Below are positions 28,742-41,817 of a stretch of DNA of 64,000 bases, one piece after another. The stretch is from Octopus vulgaris. Its lineage: Eukaryota. Position 1 is the first letter of the stretch; each line of letters starts with the position of its first letter. The notes under the pieces were generated by a model, which saw only the letters and a list, made by a program, of their open reading frames with translations, did no database searches and was not told where the DNA came from. A program made the position numbers and the translations under genes. Location of the stretch: positions 11,346,001 to 11,410,000 of the forward strand of contig OX597824.1 in assembly GCA_951406725.2 (NCBI GenBank), given 5' to 3'.

Positions 28742-28789
<48 letters not shown>

Positions 28790-28871
28790 GCATACAGTAA
28801 TTGTGAATGGATGATGTTTTAGATGATGATGATGATGATGACGACGACGACGACGATGATGATGATGACAG

Positions 28872-28922
<51 letters not shown>

Positions 28923-28929
28923 CGGATGG

Positions 28930-28988
<59 letters not shown>

Positions 28989-29421
28989 TTGATGGTTGTG
29001 GCAATAGTGGTGATGATGGTAATGATGATGACAACGACGACGACGACGACGGTGGTGGTGGTGGTGTTGGTGATGGTTGCAGTGGTGATAACGATGATGA
29101 TGGTGGTGGTGATAACGATGATGATGGTGGTGGTGGTGGTGATGGCGGTAGTTGTAGTGATGGTGGTGGCGGTGGTGGTGGCAGTGGTGGCGGTGGTGGT
29201 GGTGGTAATGATTGGTGCATGCGTGATATCGATTTTTTCATTAATCACAAAATAAAGAATTATTACGATATCATAATGTTTGTAATTGCACGATGTTTCG
29301 TACACGTGAGAATGGGTCTTTTTTTTTTTTTTTTCTTTTTTTGCCTTTCGAAATAATTTCCTGACTGCAGAGAAGCACAGAACGCAAATTACACACACAC
29401 ACACACACACACATACATTAC

Positions 29422-29458
<37 letters not shown>

Positions 29459-29460
29459 CA
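26040..29460. repeat. Low-complexity zone: alternating polypurine/polypyrimidine, (TCTA)n, (CA)n and (ATG/GTG)n tracts
   Basis: Direct reading. Notably free of the SINEs that fill the rest of the window. Confidence 0.85.
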
Positions 29461-29699
29461 CACGTGTGAGTGCGTGCATACTTTTTTCATACATCATCCT
29501 ATAATGCACCTGGACATATATATAATCGATGGTGTTTCTCGGTGGTTGGGGGGGGGGAGCATTAGGTGTTTCGGGTATTTCAACATCAGGCACCCTATCC
29601 CGGGTGATTCAGTAAGGGTTAATGGATTCCCGGATTGTACCCTGATAGCATTACTCTTCGTAGCATTGCCCCTTCCGGAGTTCGCACCTTCTGCTCCAC

Positions 29700-30950
29700 A
29701 ATCACCTTGAGGCAACCTCTGTTGCCCCCCACGACCAGTCTGGTACCCTTCCTGTACTGGCTCCTGTGATGTCAAACAACTCCGTAGAGGTACCACGCTC
29801 ACGAGCGCTCTGCTTCTTAGCCGTGATTCTGCAGCCTTGACACTCCATTTTCGTTCTGTTTTGGCTTTAATATCTATTTCTTTATTACCCACAAGGGGCT
29901 AAACACAGAGGGGACAAACAAGGACAGACAAACGGATTAAGTCGATTATATCGACCCCAGTGCGTAATTGGTACTTATTTAATCGACCCCGAAAGGATGA
30001 AAGGCAAAGTCGACCTCGGCGGAAATTGAACTCAGAACGCAGCGGCGGACGAAATTCCACAAAGCATTTCGCCAGCTCGCCGGCCTTCCAAATGCCTCAG
30101 TGTTGCAACATCCTAGCATCACGGGTTACCATGAATTCTCTCAGGTTGCTAAGGGGGAGCCACAACTTTTGATTCTTTCCATACGGTACCATGTTGTTCA
30201 GGCACCGAGGAAGTCCCAACCATTTCTGCAGTAACCCGCTGACTCTCCACTCAATGCTCTCCACATGGATTTTGTGGCCTGATTTAAGGCGGCGAGCTGG
30301 CAGAAACGTTAGCACGCCGGGAGAAATGCGTAGCCCTATTTCGTCTGCCGGTATGTTCTGAGTTCAAATTCCGCCGAGGTCGACTTTGCCTTTCATCCTT
30401 TCGGAATAAGTACCAGTTACGCACTGGGGTCGATGTAATCGACTTAATCCGTTTGTCTGTCCTCGTTTGTCCCCTCTGTGTTTAGCCCCTTGTGGGTAGT
30501 AAAGAAATATATTGTGGCCTGATTTACAAACAGCTAAAGAATCCGCGCGAGGGTGTTATGTTGGTAAACCCACCCAGGGATTTACCAACATGTTGGTAAG
30601 GCATTAAACTTACCAGGGAGACTTGACTTGTCCAATGAGGTTAGCTAAACCTCCAAATTCTTTGTTGGTTTCCCGGATGGAGAATGTATTTCTCAGCATT
30701 CTATTAAACATCTTTCTTGGGCTCGACACAGGTTTCTCGCTGATGAATGGTATCTAAACGCTACTGATCAAGAAAACGAACCTGCTTCTAACTTTACTTT
30801 TCTTCAGCAACAAAATAGCTGGACTTGACTGGCTTGAAATTCATGCAAACCCCAGTCAACAACTCCGCAAGGCTCTTAGGATTCTTCTGCCCCTCCTGGT
30901 TTTTGTCGTTGTTACTGTTAAGTCATCCTTAAAGGTCCTCATAGAAGGCT
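29700..30950 (-). mobile_element. Degraded HERO/NeSL-like non-LTR retrotransposon interrupted by two SINEs
   Basis: Minus-strand peptides LDKSSLPGKF, VESIEWRVSGLLQKWLGLPRCL...KLWLPLSNL and RKWSVKAAESRLR resemble the HERO-type RT-downstream region. Confidence 0.65.
30287..30510 (+). mobile_element. SINE family B inserted in the HERO relic
   Basis: Flanked by the 15-bp direct repeat ttgtggcctgattta. Confidence 0.85.
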
Positions 30951-30995
30951 GTCATATACTTCATACATTTTATTTTTTAAATATTTGCTTACTTA

Positions 30996-31510
30996 CTGTA
31001 AATCCTCGAGTATAATCCGCATTTTTCCCCCCAAAATTTAAAGGTCAAAATCCCTTAATGCGTACCATATACGAGGTTAAAAATAAAAATTATTTTCTAA
31101 GCAATGTCCGAGTCTCTATTTGCTGTCCGGCAATGTTTATTCAGACGCATTTTGTGATGTCGGGAACGAAAATACCTTAAGCTAAGCCTGAAAGCAATGA
31201 AGTCATAAAAGAATCATCCATAACTTGCAGTAAACAACATTTATTAAACGCTATTACTGTTATTTCTTTTATTTTCTGCAAACAAAATGCACAAAAAGCT
31301 ACACGTTTGCATTATGTTATATATACAATAATAATAAAGGATGTTACCGTATATAGTTTTTACAAACCAAGGACGTTATATAGACCTCCTTGACTCAAGT
31401 AAGAGAAGGGGTGCGTATTATACACAAGGTTTAGGTTTTTCAGAGGTACAGCCCCCTAAAAATTCCCTGCGTATTATTCTCAAAGGCGGACTATACTCGA
31501 AGATTTACGG
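30996..31510. mobile_element. pogo/Tigger-like MITE
   Basis: TIRs ctgtaaatcctcgagtata / tatactcgaagatttacgg flanked by TA. Confidence 0.75.
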
Positions 31511-32318
31511 TATATAAAACGACTTCTTCGTCTGGTGAACATGCATCCAAGAAAGTGGACCAGGTCTTCGAAGATTCTCTAAATACGAACATGAATTTAA
31601 AAAAAAGCAAAACAGTTACTCTTTTATTTATTTATTTATTTTTTCTTTCACTTGTTTCAGTTATTTGACGGCAGCCATGCTGGAGCACCGCCTTGATAAA
31701 AATAAATAAATGGCATCACTAAAATAAGAGAACACAGATATTTGCACCTAACAGAAAAGAATGATAATTTCACAAACTGGAACCAGCAATGATGATGACA
31801 ACGAAAGTAGCGAATATTTTGCCAAGGTTGTCTGCCAAAAAGTAATTCTGAATATGAGTCAACTGTTTGGAAGAAAAAAAAAGAAGACAATGTGGTACAG
31901 ATATATTACGAAATCTTCTGCCTTTTTGTCAGACAATTTAGTCGACGAAAGGGCAAGGAGAAAAAAGTGGAATGTCTCTGCGTATCAAAAATGCAGACGA
32001 ACAGTTGAAAGAAGGTATGGCTGACATCTAAATATTGTGGTTTCCATCGATCGAAGATCAAATGAAACCATATGTTTTGCTTTTTAGACTGAGGACAAGG
32101 CGAGGAAGAAAGGTGAGTTGATACATCACAGACACCCTGCCTCGTGCTACAAATACAGAGAGCGACAGAACACGATGGTCGCAAACAGAAACATTGGTAG
32201 TGACTTTGATTCTCGTCCAGTCATTATCTTTGCGACGCAGATAAACAAAAAAGACTTTCATTATTAATTGCACAAATCATAAACCCGCTTCTTTTTTTTT
32301 TAATTTTCTTTTGAGAAA

Positions 32319-32894
32319 TCTCTCTCTATATAAAGCTGAAGTTGTCTGTGTATGGCAGGTTTGGTAGCCTTCAACTAACACTATCTCCTCCGGGACCCTG
32401 CGGCGCAAGTTGACCAAAATTGAGAGTATGATAGAAGAAGGCTTGCTCTTCCTTCCGTAGAAGAAAAAATTCAAATCGGACCATGTTAACACCAAAAATA
32501 ATTTACATCAAAAAGGTGCTTTTTTCTATGAAAATCCCTATTTTTTACGATTTTTTATTGGCAGGTTTGGTAGCCTTCAAACACTATCTCCTCCGAGACC
32601 CTGGGCACAAGTTTTGAGAGTAAGATTTGCTCTTCCTTCCGTAGAAGAAAAAAATTAAAATCGGACCATGTTAACACCAAAAATTATTTACATCAAAAAG
32701 GTGCTTTTTTTCTATGAAAATCCCTACTTTGTACGATGTTTTGACTGCTGTGTCGCCATTTTCGGTGTATTTCAACCAGAAAAATGTTCACTTAAAGAGA
32801 ATAACAAGCTACATAATGCAACATTTTTACTTTTCAAACATTCCAATTCTAAAGAGTCGAAACAAACCCGAGCAACGCCAGGCGATACTGCTAG
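32319..32894 (+). mobile_element. Non-autonomous Helitron (same family as 12208) with an internal tandem duplication
   Basis: Same TC...CTAG termini. ~32560-32720 repeats the ggcaggtttggtagcc...aaaatccct segment. Confidence 0.8.
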
Positions 32895-33740
32895 TTAATA
32901 ATTAAAAAAACGTTACGAAAGTTTATAAATTGAAATTTTGAGGGAATTTCAACCAATCAGATGTAGCGATGCCTATAGCAACGTATTTAAAGCCAAACAT
33001 TTAAAACAGCGCGAGCGATCGAGTGGAGACTCCGACAGACCTTCACATACTGTTATGTAATGTATGAGAAAGACCTCTACATGCTAGTTTATCCTTTGAG
33101 AAATGCTAGCAAAATCTCCCTCAAATCACACCGTGTTATTTTATGTATGTATATAACTATGAGACGTTGAGGGAGACCTCTACATGGTAGCTGCATACAG
33201 CCAGTAGTATCACTCCATTTTCTATTTTGTCTTTCATATTTTAGCTTTTGCTTGCTTAAGTCATTGCACTGCAGCCATGTTAAGGCACTGCCTGAAGGAT
33301 ACAGTCGAAGAAATTGACCCCAGTTCTTACCTTTAAGTTTATTACTTAATCTATCGGTCTCTTTTGCCGAATTGCTAAGTTACGTGGACGTAAACGCACC
33401 AACACCGGTTGTCAAGCAGTGATGTGGACGGACACACACATACATGACGGACTTCTTCCAGTTTCCGTCTACTAAATCCATTCACAAAGCTTCGGTTGTC
33501 CCAAGGCTTTAGTAGGAGACATTTGCCCAAAGTGCCACGCACTTGAACTGAACCCGGAACCATGTGGTTGGGAAGCAAGCTTCTTACCACACAGCCATGC
33601 CTGAAATTATTTCCCTCTTTAATTAGTCGTAGCATTTTTCGCCCTTGATTGTCATGGTTATGATTTCCACCTTTAGAATTTCCTGTTTCTCGTATTTATT
33701 TTTTATATTTTATCTCTGTATTATCGCTGATTAAATTCCA

Positions 33741-34174
33741 GGATCTTTTCGGTTTGAACGGCAGTTTTTAACATAATTTCTTGGAAACTAAAAAATTTAA
33801 AACTTTGTATACTGGTAGAATGTGTTTATAAAACATATTTGTTCACTTGGCTTTTCTCTTGGCTTTTCTCTTGGCTTTATTGAGAAAATTCTATAGTTTT
33901 TTTACGATATTTGTTGGGTTTTTTTTCTTCAATTTCTGCAATTTCAACCAATCAATGACGTCCATTGAGGTAAACAACATTCTGTGCCGTATGAACATGT
34001 CCCTCGTTTAAGAAACAGATTGGGTTTATTTACATTTGTGAAGAAAAAAAAGATACCCTTCCTCCCATCCCTAACCCTAACCCTAAAATAGATCGATACT
34101 AGGGTCATAATTATATGGGTGACAATTTCATATGACACCGCTAGAAAAAACTGCCGTTCAAACCGAAAATATCT
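33741..34174 (-). mobile_element. Same MITE family, opposite orientation
   Basis: Same TIRs, TSD aaattcca/aaattccg, internal ccctaaccctaaccctaa. Confidence 0.85.
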
Positions 34175-34765
34175 AAATTCCGTCTTTTTTGTTAATATAA
34201 TCAACGATCCAGGATTTAATTTCGTCGTGTTTTGTTATTTACTTCCTTCGTTCTGCACCACGCATGAGCAGTTCCGTCATCTTCGTTCAGATTGTCATGG
34301 CTTTTATTTTTGTTATTTCTTTTCTCGTTATGTTGGCTTCCTCTTAAACGTTTTACACGCCGTTACACCGTTACTTGTTTCAGTCCAGTCATTAGACTGA
34401 GGCCATGCTGGAGCATTGCTTTAAAGGGTTTTAGCCGAACAAATCGACCCCCAGGACTTATTCATTGTAAGCCTAGTACTTATTCTATCGGTCTACATTT
34501 TGGTGAACCGCTAAGTTACGGGGATGTAAACTAACCAACATCGGTTGTCTGGCGATGGTGGGAGGACAAATACAGACACAAACGCACACATAGATACAGA
34601 TGCTATATATATACGACGGGCTTCTTTCAGTTTCCGTCTATTAAATTCACTCACAAGACTTTGGTCGGCCCGAGGCTATCGTAGAAGACATTTGCCATGT
34701 GGTTGGGAAGCAAGATTCTTACCACACAGCCACGCCTATGAGCGTGTGTGTGTGTGTGTGTGTGT

Positions 34766-34805
<40 letters not shown>

Positions 34806-34846
34806 CGCAGCTGACCCGCAAACTAACAAATATTAAATATCCATCA

Positions 34847-34940
34847 CAGCTGATCTAACCAATCGGTTTCGCGTAAAGGATACAATAGCGTATTAGGTAA
34901 CAATCCGATTATATAACTTTGCGCTCATCAGAGTTAGCCG
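34847..34940 (-). ncRNA. Type I hammerhead ribozyme motif, intact core
   Basis: Minus strand: cggctaact-CTGATGA-gcgcaaag...ctttacgc-GAAA-ccgattgg-TT-agatcagctg. Stems I, II and a near-palindromic stem III all pair. Confidence 0.75.
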
Positions 34941-35099
34941 ATATGGAAGGGAATCTGGCGACTGCTCTCTTTTGTCGGAGGTAGATTAGCGTAACCGGTC
35001 AGCGGCTGCTGTAAAAGTGGTAGTGAAATATATATAATTGTCACTAGATGTGACTAGGGTGTTAAAACACCTACATTGCCGGGCGAAACACGAAGGCTG

Positions 35100-35460
35100 A
35101 ATTGTGCTGAAACACAAGAGAACAAAACTTGTTCGACGGGCCCAAGTAACGGAGACACGGCGGAACAATAAAACTACAATCCGGTCTTTGGTGGGTCAAG
35201 ACAGGCACTTGCTTACTCGGTTTCAAAGTAGAAGTGTGTGGCTTTCGTTCGCTTGTTTGAGGGAAGCGATAGATTAGACACGGAAATGTTCACACCGATA
35301 ACCTCCTGAAACTCACGGCAAAAGCGAAGTGTGCAGAAGGCCGATAACAGCAAGTGAAATAAAGGAGTGGTTGAGCAGTTGCATGAAGTGCAAGTTATTT
35401 GGTTTCGATTGTCTGTCCTACGAACTTTACAAACTCACGCTAGACTTGTTTAGCAACTTC
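35100..35460 (+). mobile_element. Tx1/L1-like RT N-terminal remnant
   Basis: CRRPITASEIKEWLSSC..CKLFGFDCLSYELYK resembles 'PIT..EI......K.PG.DGLPYE.Y'. Confidence 0.5.
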
Positions 35461-37622
35461 TTATTTCTTTATTGCCCACAAGGGGCCAAACACAGAAGAG
35501 ACAAACAAGGACAGACAAACGGATTGAGTCGATTACATCGACCTCAGTGTGTAACTGGTACTTAATTTATCGACTTGGGGAAAACGTCCGCCAAGAAGTC
35601 GCTAAGAAGGCGGCGAGCTGGCAGAAATGTTAGCACGCCGGGCAAAATGCTTAGCGGTATTTCGTCTGTCGCTACGTTCTGAGTTCAAATTCCGCTGAGG
35701 TCGACTTTGCCTTTCATCCTTTCGGGGTCGATGAATTTAGTACCAGTTACGCACTGTGGTCGATATAATCGACTTAATCCGTGTGTCTGTCCTTGTTTGT
35801 CCCCTCTGTGTTTAGCCCCTTGTGGGTAGTAAAGAAATAGGTATTCAAAGAGATCTTGGATATATATCCGTCTTCGACCAGATCTAGATGGTCTTCGTGA
35901 ATCAGGAGAACTGCATCATTATAGTTTATTATTTGTATATCATGTATTCTTATATATTTTTTGTCTTTTTGTTTCTCCACTCTTTCGATATTCTATATAA
36001 GCACCACATTTTGCATAACGACATTTCGTCTGTCTTTATGTTCTGAGCCCAAATGCCGCCGAAGTCAGCTTTGTCTTTCATCTTTTCATGGTCGATAAAA
36101 TTAATACCACTTGAGTATTGGCACCGGTGTAATCGTCTTACATCGTTCCCCGAAACTGCTGGCCTTGTGCCAAATTTGAAATCATTATTATTGTTATTAA
36201 TGTGGCGAGCTGGCGAAGACGTTCATACGCCGGATAAAATGCTTAGCAGCATTTCGTTCGTCTTTATGATCTGAACTCAAATTCCGCCAAGGTCGACTTT
36301 GCTTTTCATTCTTTTTGGGGTCGATAAAATAAGTACGAGTTGAACACTGAAGTCGATGTAATCGTCTTACCCCCAGCTCCGAAATTGCTGGCCTTGTGCC
36401 AAAATTTGAAACCATTTATTATCATTATTATGATTATTATTATTATTATTGCTAAGGCGGCGAGCTGGCAGTTTCGTCAGCAACCGAGCAAGGTGCTTAG
36501 CGGCATTTCGTCCGTCTTTACATTCTGAGTTCAAATTCCGCCGAAGTCGACTTTGCTTTTCATCCTTTCGGGGTCGATAAAATAAATACCAGTTAAACAC
36601 TGGAGGTCGATGTAATCGACTTATCCCCTCCCACAAAATTGCTGCCCTTGTGGAAAATTTCGAAACCATTATTGTTGTTGTTGTTGTTGTTGTTGTTCAT
36701 GACGACCAGCGTGTAGAATCGTTAGAGCGTTCGGAAAATGCTTTGCGGTATTTGTTCCGGCTCTTTATATGCGGTGTTCAATCCCATCAAGATCAGCTTT
36801 GCCTTTCATCCTTCTGAGGTCGATAAGATAATGTACCAGTCCAGTCGATGGTATCGACTTACTTCTTTCCTCAAAATTGTTGGCCTTGTCTCTAAATTCA
36901 ACCGAATATTACAACGTAAACGTAGTTAATCAGAACGATTTTCATCACTGCCCTTAATCCAAGATTTTAAAAAAAAATTGTAATTTGGTTCTGCAACTAG
37001 AAACGATGAATATCTGTTCTCTCTGTTCTTACATTTGAACTTCAAATCTTCGTCGGTCTTTAATTCATTCAATTCTTTAGTAATTGCATTAGATTTCCCG
37101 ATACTTGTCAATTTGTCTGAAACTCAATCCGGAATCGTCATAGAGATAAAGTTTTCAAATCGTTTGAAGAAATCTTTGAGTAACGTTTCCAAATGATGAC
37201 AGTAAACTTAAAGTAATTCTCCTGTAATTGTTTTTTCTTTCAATGTAGAAAATCGCATAGGCTGATAAAATCTAATCGAATTATCCACGTTCTAAGTTGC
37301 TTTTTTAACAGAATATGACTTGAAATTAATACGTACTGATATTACAAATTTGGGGTGGGGGGTTATCTCTGTTTACAGTTTCGAATTCATTTCATGAAAC
37401 TCGAAATATAAATCTCACATATAAGTTATACGGCTGTTAAACAGAAGTTGTCTCACATGTGTTTATCAAAGAATTCCACGACAATCTCTAACCCTTTGTT
37501 TATCTTGTGTATCACGACGTAATACACAGGACATTTCCCTGGTATTCATACATCAAACATGATACGTATTCTCATTTTTTCAGCCTCCAGACTATGACTT
37601 GGGACTTATGAAAAGAAAGCTT

Positions 37623-38059
37623 GGATCTTTTCGGTTTGAACGGCAGTTTTTTTCTAGCTGTGTCATATGAAATTGTCGCCCATAAGTATGAGGGCCCTAG
37701 TATCGATCTATTGCATTTCAATCAATTTTAGGGTTAGGGTTAGTTAGGGTTAGGGGTGGGGGGAAGGGAATCTTTTTTTCTTCACAAATGTAAATAAACC
37801 CAATCTGTTTCTTAAACGAGGGACATATTCATATGGCACAGAATGTTGTTTTTTTTTTACCTCAATAGACCTCAGTGATTGGTTGAAATTACAGAAATTG
37901 AAGAAAAAAACAACAAATATCTTACATACTATAGATTTTTTTCAATAAAGCCAAGCGAAAAAGATGTTTTATAAACACATTCTACCAGTATACGAAGTTT
38001 AAAGTTTTTTAGTTACCTAGAAATTATTTTAAAAACTGCCGTTCAAACCGAAAGGATCC
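37623..38059 (+). mobile_element. MITE with GG-initiated ~29-bp TIRs and an 8-bp TSD (Merlin-like), carrying TTAGGG repeats
   Basis: TIR ggatcttttcggtttgaacggcagttttt, perfect TSD gaaagctt, internal ttagggttagggttagttagggttagggg. Confidence 0.85.
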
Positions 38060-40136
38060 GAAAGCTTTATATTACTCCAAACATATGAGACAAGGGTTAA
38101 CTGAAGTCCGAAAACAAGCATGGATGTTTAGGACAAACTTATGAAAATGCTTTGCGCGGGCAAAAAGCTAAAAGGCAATAAAATCGACGCAGACAGACAC
38201 CCTTCGATAATCAACGAATAGAAATGATTAAATTCTTCGTTGTTTTGCTTCCACAATTATCTGAATAATTGAATAATTTGTCATTGAGTCAATTGTTTCT
38301 GGCTTTGTTGATTAGCGTCACGCACATATTCTAATTAGTGGTGCAAACGATCGCAAAGGTTTTTTTTTTCTTCTTTTTTCTTTCTGAATGACGACGAATC
38401 ACAATATGTACTACCAATGTACTACCAATTACCAATACATTCCGGTCCTGACTTTTTAAAGTATATAATTAATTCATGATGGCAACCACCCCACCACACA
38501 CACTCCATCGACGAGGTCTATCAGTCGCAGCTGTCATATTCTTAAGAGAAATTTCAATTTCTTTAAAAAGAAAAACCAACCCACCACAAACAAGAAGTGC
38601 CGACTCTCAGTGTCTGTTATCAAATGTCTGCCAATTAATTTTTGCATTAGTTTCTTTATCAACCAAAACATAAACTGACAACAACGCTTCATGTAATAGA
38701 TATGATTCATCTAATTATAACGAAAGTTGGTCAGGCCTCAAAAAATTGCATAACGCGTCTTCCATCTTCCTGCCCGTTTCATCAATTCATCGCAGCATTT
38801 ATATAAATGCACCACACACACACACACACACAAAATATTGATTATCTCAGTTGCTGGCTTATGCAACACGACACGTAGAACCTCATTTGTCTGCTGGTCG
38901 GGTAAATTCTTCGAGGCGGCGAGCTGGCAGAAACGTTAGCACGTCGGGCGAAATGCGTAGCCGTATTTCGTCTGCCGTTACGTTCTGAATTCAAATTCCG
39001 CCGAGGTCGACTTTGCCTTTCATTCTTTCAGGGTCGATCAAATAAGTACCAGTTACGCACTGGGGTCGATGTAATCGACTTAATCCGTTTGTCTGTCCTT
39101 GTTTGTCCTCTCTATGTTTAGCCCCTTGTGGGTAGTAAAGAAATAGGTAGGGTAAATTCTTCGTCAGTAGGCGCAGGAATGGCCGTGTGATTAAGAAGGT
39201 CGCTTTGTAATCACCCATTGTGGGTAGTAAAGAAATAGGTATTTCGTCTCTCTCTACGTTCTGAGTTCAAATTCCGCCAAGGTCGACTTTGCCTTTCATC
39301 CTTTCGGGGTCGATTAAATAAGTACCAGTTACGCACTGGGGTCGATATAATCGACTTAATCCTTTTGTCTGTCCTTGTTTGTCCCCTCTGTGTTTAGCCC
39401 CTTGTGGGTAGTAAAGAAATAGGTAGGGTAAATTCTTCGTCAGTAGGCGCAGGAATGGCCGTGTGGTTAAGAAGATCGCTTTGTAATTACGAGCTTTCAA
39501 GTTCAGTCCCACTTCGCGGCACCTTGGGTAAGTGTCTTCTACTATAGCCTTTGACCGACCAATGCCTTGTGGGTGAATTTGACACCCGGAAACTATGTAA
39601 AAGCTTTTTGTGTATGTATGAATGTGTGTGTGTGTATGTGTGTGTGTTTGTATTTGTTTCTCCGACCGCTTGACAACCAGTGTTGGTTTATTTACGTCCT
39701 CGTAACTCAACAGTTCGGCAAGAGACCAATAGAATAAATACCAAACTTCTATTTTAAAAAAAAACAAACAAGCACTGGTGTCGATTTGCTGAATTAAACC
39801 CTTCAAATCGGTGCTCCAGCATGGCCACGCTCTAACGAGTGAAACGAATAAAAGATAAATAAATAAAAAAAATATCGTTATGTAGCTTTCTGGCTTTGGG
39901 AATCGGTCAAGAAATTTTGTAAGCGACGTGTAAAAGACATCATGTCTCTAGCATTGCTGCAGATAAAAAACATACTTGACAACGTCAGCTGTTCATAGAA
40001 TCTGTATCGAAGTGGTTTACAAATAAAGGAAATCTTTATTTTGTTAGTATTAATTTTTTTTTTCAAGTGCTCTCGTAATCTTGAAGCTTTCGCAGAAAAT
40101 ACTTGTTAGCAAGGCAAACCAGGAATATATTTGTAA

Positions 40137-40535
40137 CTAGCAGTATCGCCCGGCGTTGCTCGGATTTGTAAGGGAAATAACTATATAAGCATTTTTAGAG
40201 AGTTACTTCCCTTATATAACAGCAAAAAAAAATGCATTAAAAATGGGAAAAAAGTGATGGTAATTTTTTTTTTAAATCGTAGACTCATCGTAGACATTTT
40301 TAGAGAGTTACTTCCCTTATATAATAGCGAAAAAAATGCATTAAAATGGGAAAAAATGATGGTAAATTATTTTTAAAATCGTAGACTCATCGTAGACGCG
40401 CGCTAATACCCAGAAGGGCTCAATATGAATCACGACTATAAGATACCCGCTTTTGGTTAAACTGCACCGCAAAATGTGGGAGTAGTTATGAATCTAAATC
40501 GTAGGAGACAGACACACAACTTCACTTTTATATAT
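40137..40535 (-). mobile_element. Non-autonomous Helitron, second subfamily
   Basis: Begins ctagcagtatcgcccggcgttgctcgg, the reverse complement of the Helitron 3' end. Body shared with 56973-57358. Confidence 0.75.
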
Positions 40536-40929
40536 TTGTAATATAGTTTTTATAAGTGATGGTATATTAGACATATCTTAAATATTCGATATTGTACTAC
40601 CAACATTTCTTCTTTGGTTTTTGCCATGGTTATACGAGGGAGGGCTGGAAAGTTCATAGGCTGATTGTGAAGGAATGACGCCGGAGCTGTGAAATTTTGC
40701 ATGGATTAATTTCAACTCTTCTGCATCGTTTCTATTCTGGTAAACTGACATGTGACTGTTCAAAGAAGGCTTCAAAAGTAACTATTTGCGACTTCTCTTG
40801 AAAATAGACAGAATTTGGTAATCTACTCAGCTGGCAAAAAAATGAGTAATCCTACGATGATGGATCGGCGCTCCGTCCAGTGGGTGGAGAGCGTATATAT
40901 GTCCCAGAATCTGGGAAACTATCCTTATG

Positions 40930-41192
40930 CAGTGGCGGATGCAGGGGTGTTGCCTTAGTTGCCCGGGCGACAACCTTTCTAGCCCAGCCAGCACCAAAAA
41001 AATCGGGACCGTGGTTTTTCGGGCAACAGTCAAGGAAAAGAAAGTCAACTCTTACTAGAATAGGAGTTACCGGACCTACTAGGTGTTGCCCGACCTGCCT
41101 GCTAGAGTGCAACACCCAAAAAACTCTTGGGCAACTCCCAAAAAACTTTGAGGCAACACTCCCACAAAAAAAATCCTGGATTCTCCCCACTC
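40930..41192. mobile_element. Probable hAT-like MITE
   Basis: Imperfect TIRs cagtggcggatgcagg / cctggattctccccact, degenerate ...ttatg flanks. Confidence 0.45.
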
Positions 41193-41261
41193 CTGTTATG
41201 AACTTATGGCTCGGTAAAGACTTCTATACTTTGAAATAGTATTATTATTATTATTATTATT

Positions 41262-41815
41262 GAGTGAGAGAGCAGTGCATGCCATCAAAGTGACACTGGA
41301 GTAAAATACACAAAGCCCAGTATACCCATCATGACTACCTGTCTGATAAGGGTACACCAGGCACATGCATCACAACCATATGTGCGCGACATGGTGATCT
41401 CATATCAAGATAAACAGCACATGACCTTGCAGGTGGGGCCCAGTTAGAATTTTCTTCTGGTCGAGTAACCCATCTCACTCTAAAGGTCCCTGAATAAGGG
41501 TTGTTTAAGGATGTTGAACGAAACAACCATGTTTCCAGAGGTGAATTATCCAAACCTCCAAGAATCCCTCTCAACATATGGCTATGATGCTCCCCCACTA
41601 CTTCTGCTCGTGGACAGAGATGCACATAACGGCAGCCACTAAGGGACATGCTCAACTGGTTACGGTCAGACAACTTATAAGCAAGTCTGTGTTATCGAGC
41701 AGAATATTTGCTGTAGCTCATCTTTTATACCAAGACAAAACAATGTACATGATAACACTTCCAATCAGTTAAGATCAGAAGCCATGAGAACCAGTGCCTG
41801 GTACTGCATCAGGGC

Positions 41816-41817
<2 letters not shown>
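41262..41817. mobile_element. ~555-bp non-coding element embedded in a (TTA)n tract
   Basis: Sharp boundaries with (TTA)n on both sides (41239-41261 and 41818-41846). No TIRs, no credible ORF. Confidence 0.6.

Noticed and set aside
27874-29593. Long ORFs of 308 and 429 aa
   Set aside because: Translations of microsatellite and low-complexity DNA. The same applies to the ORFs at 854, 14404, 42881 and 50450.
36930-37500. Possible hAT transposase remnant
   Set aside because: Only a vague resemblance in broken frames, not supportable without a search.
37728-37760. TTAGGG repeats as a chromosome end or fusion scar
   Set aside because: Internal to a TIR/TSD-bounded MITE present three times.
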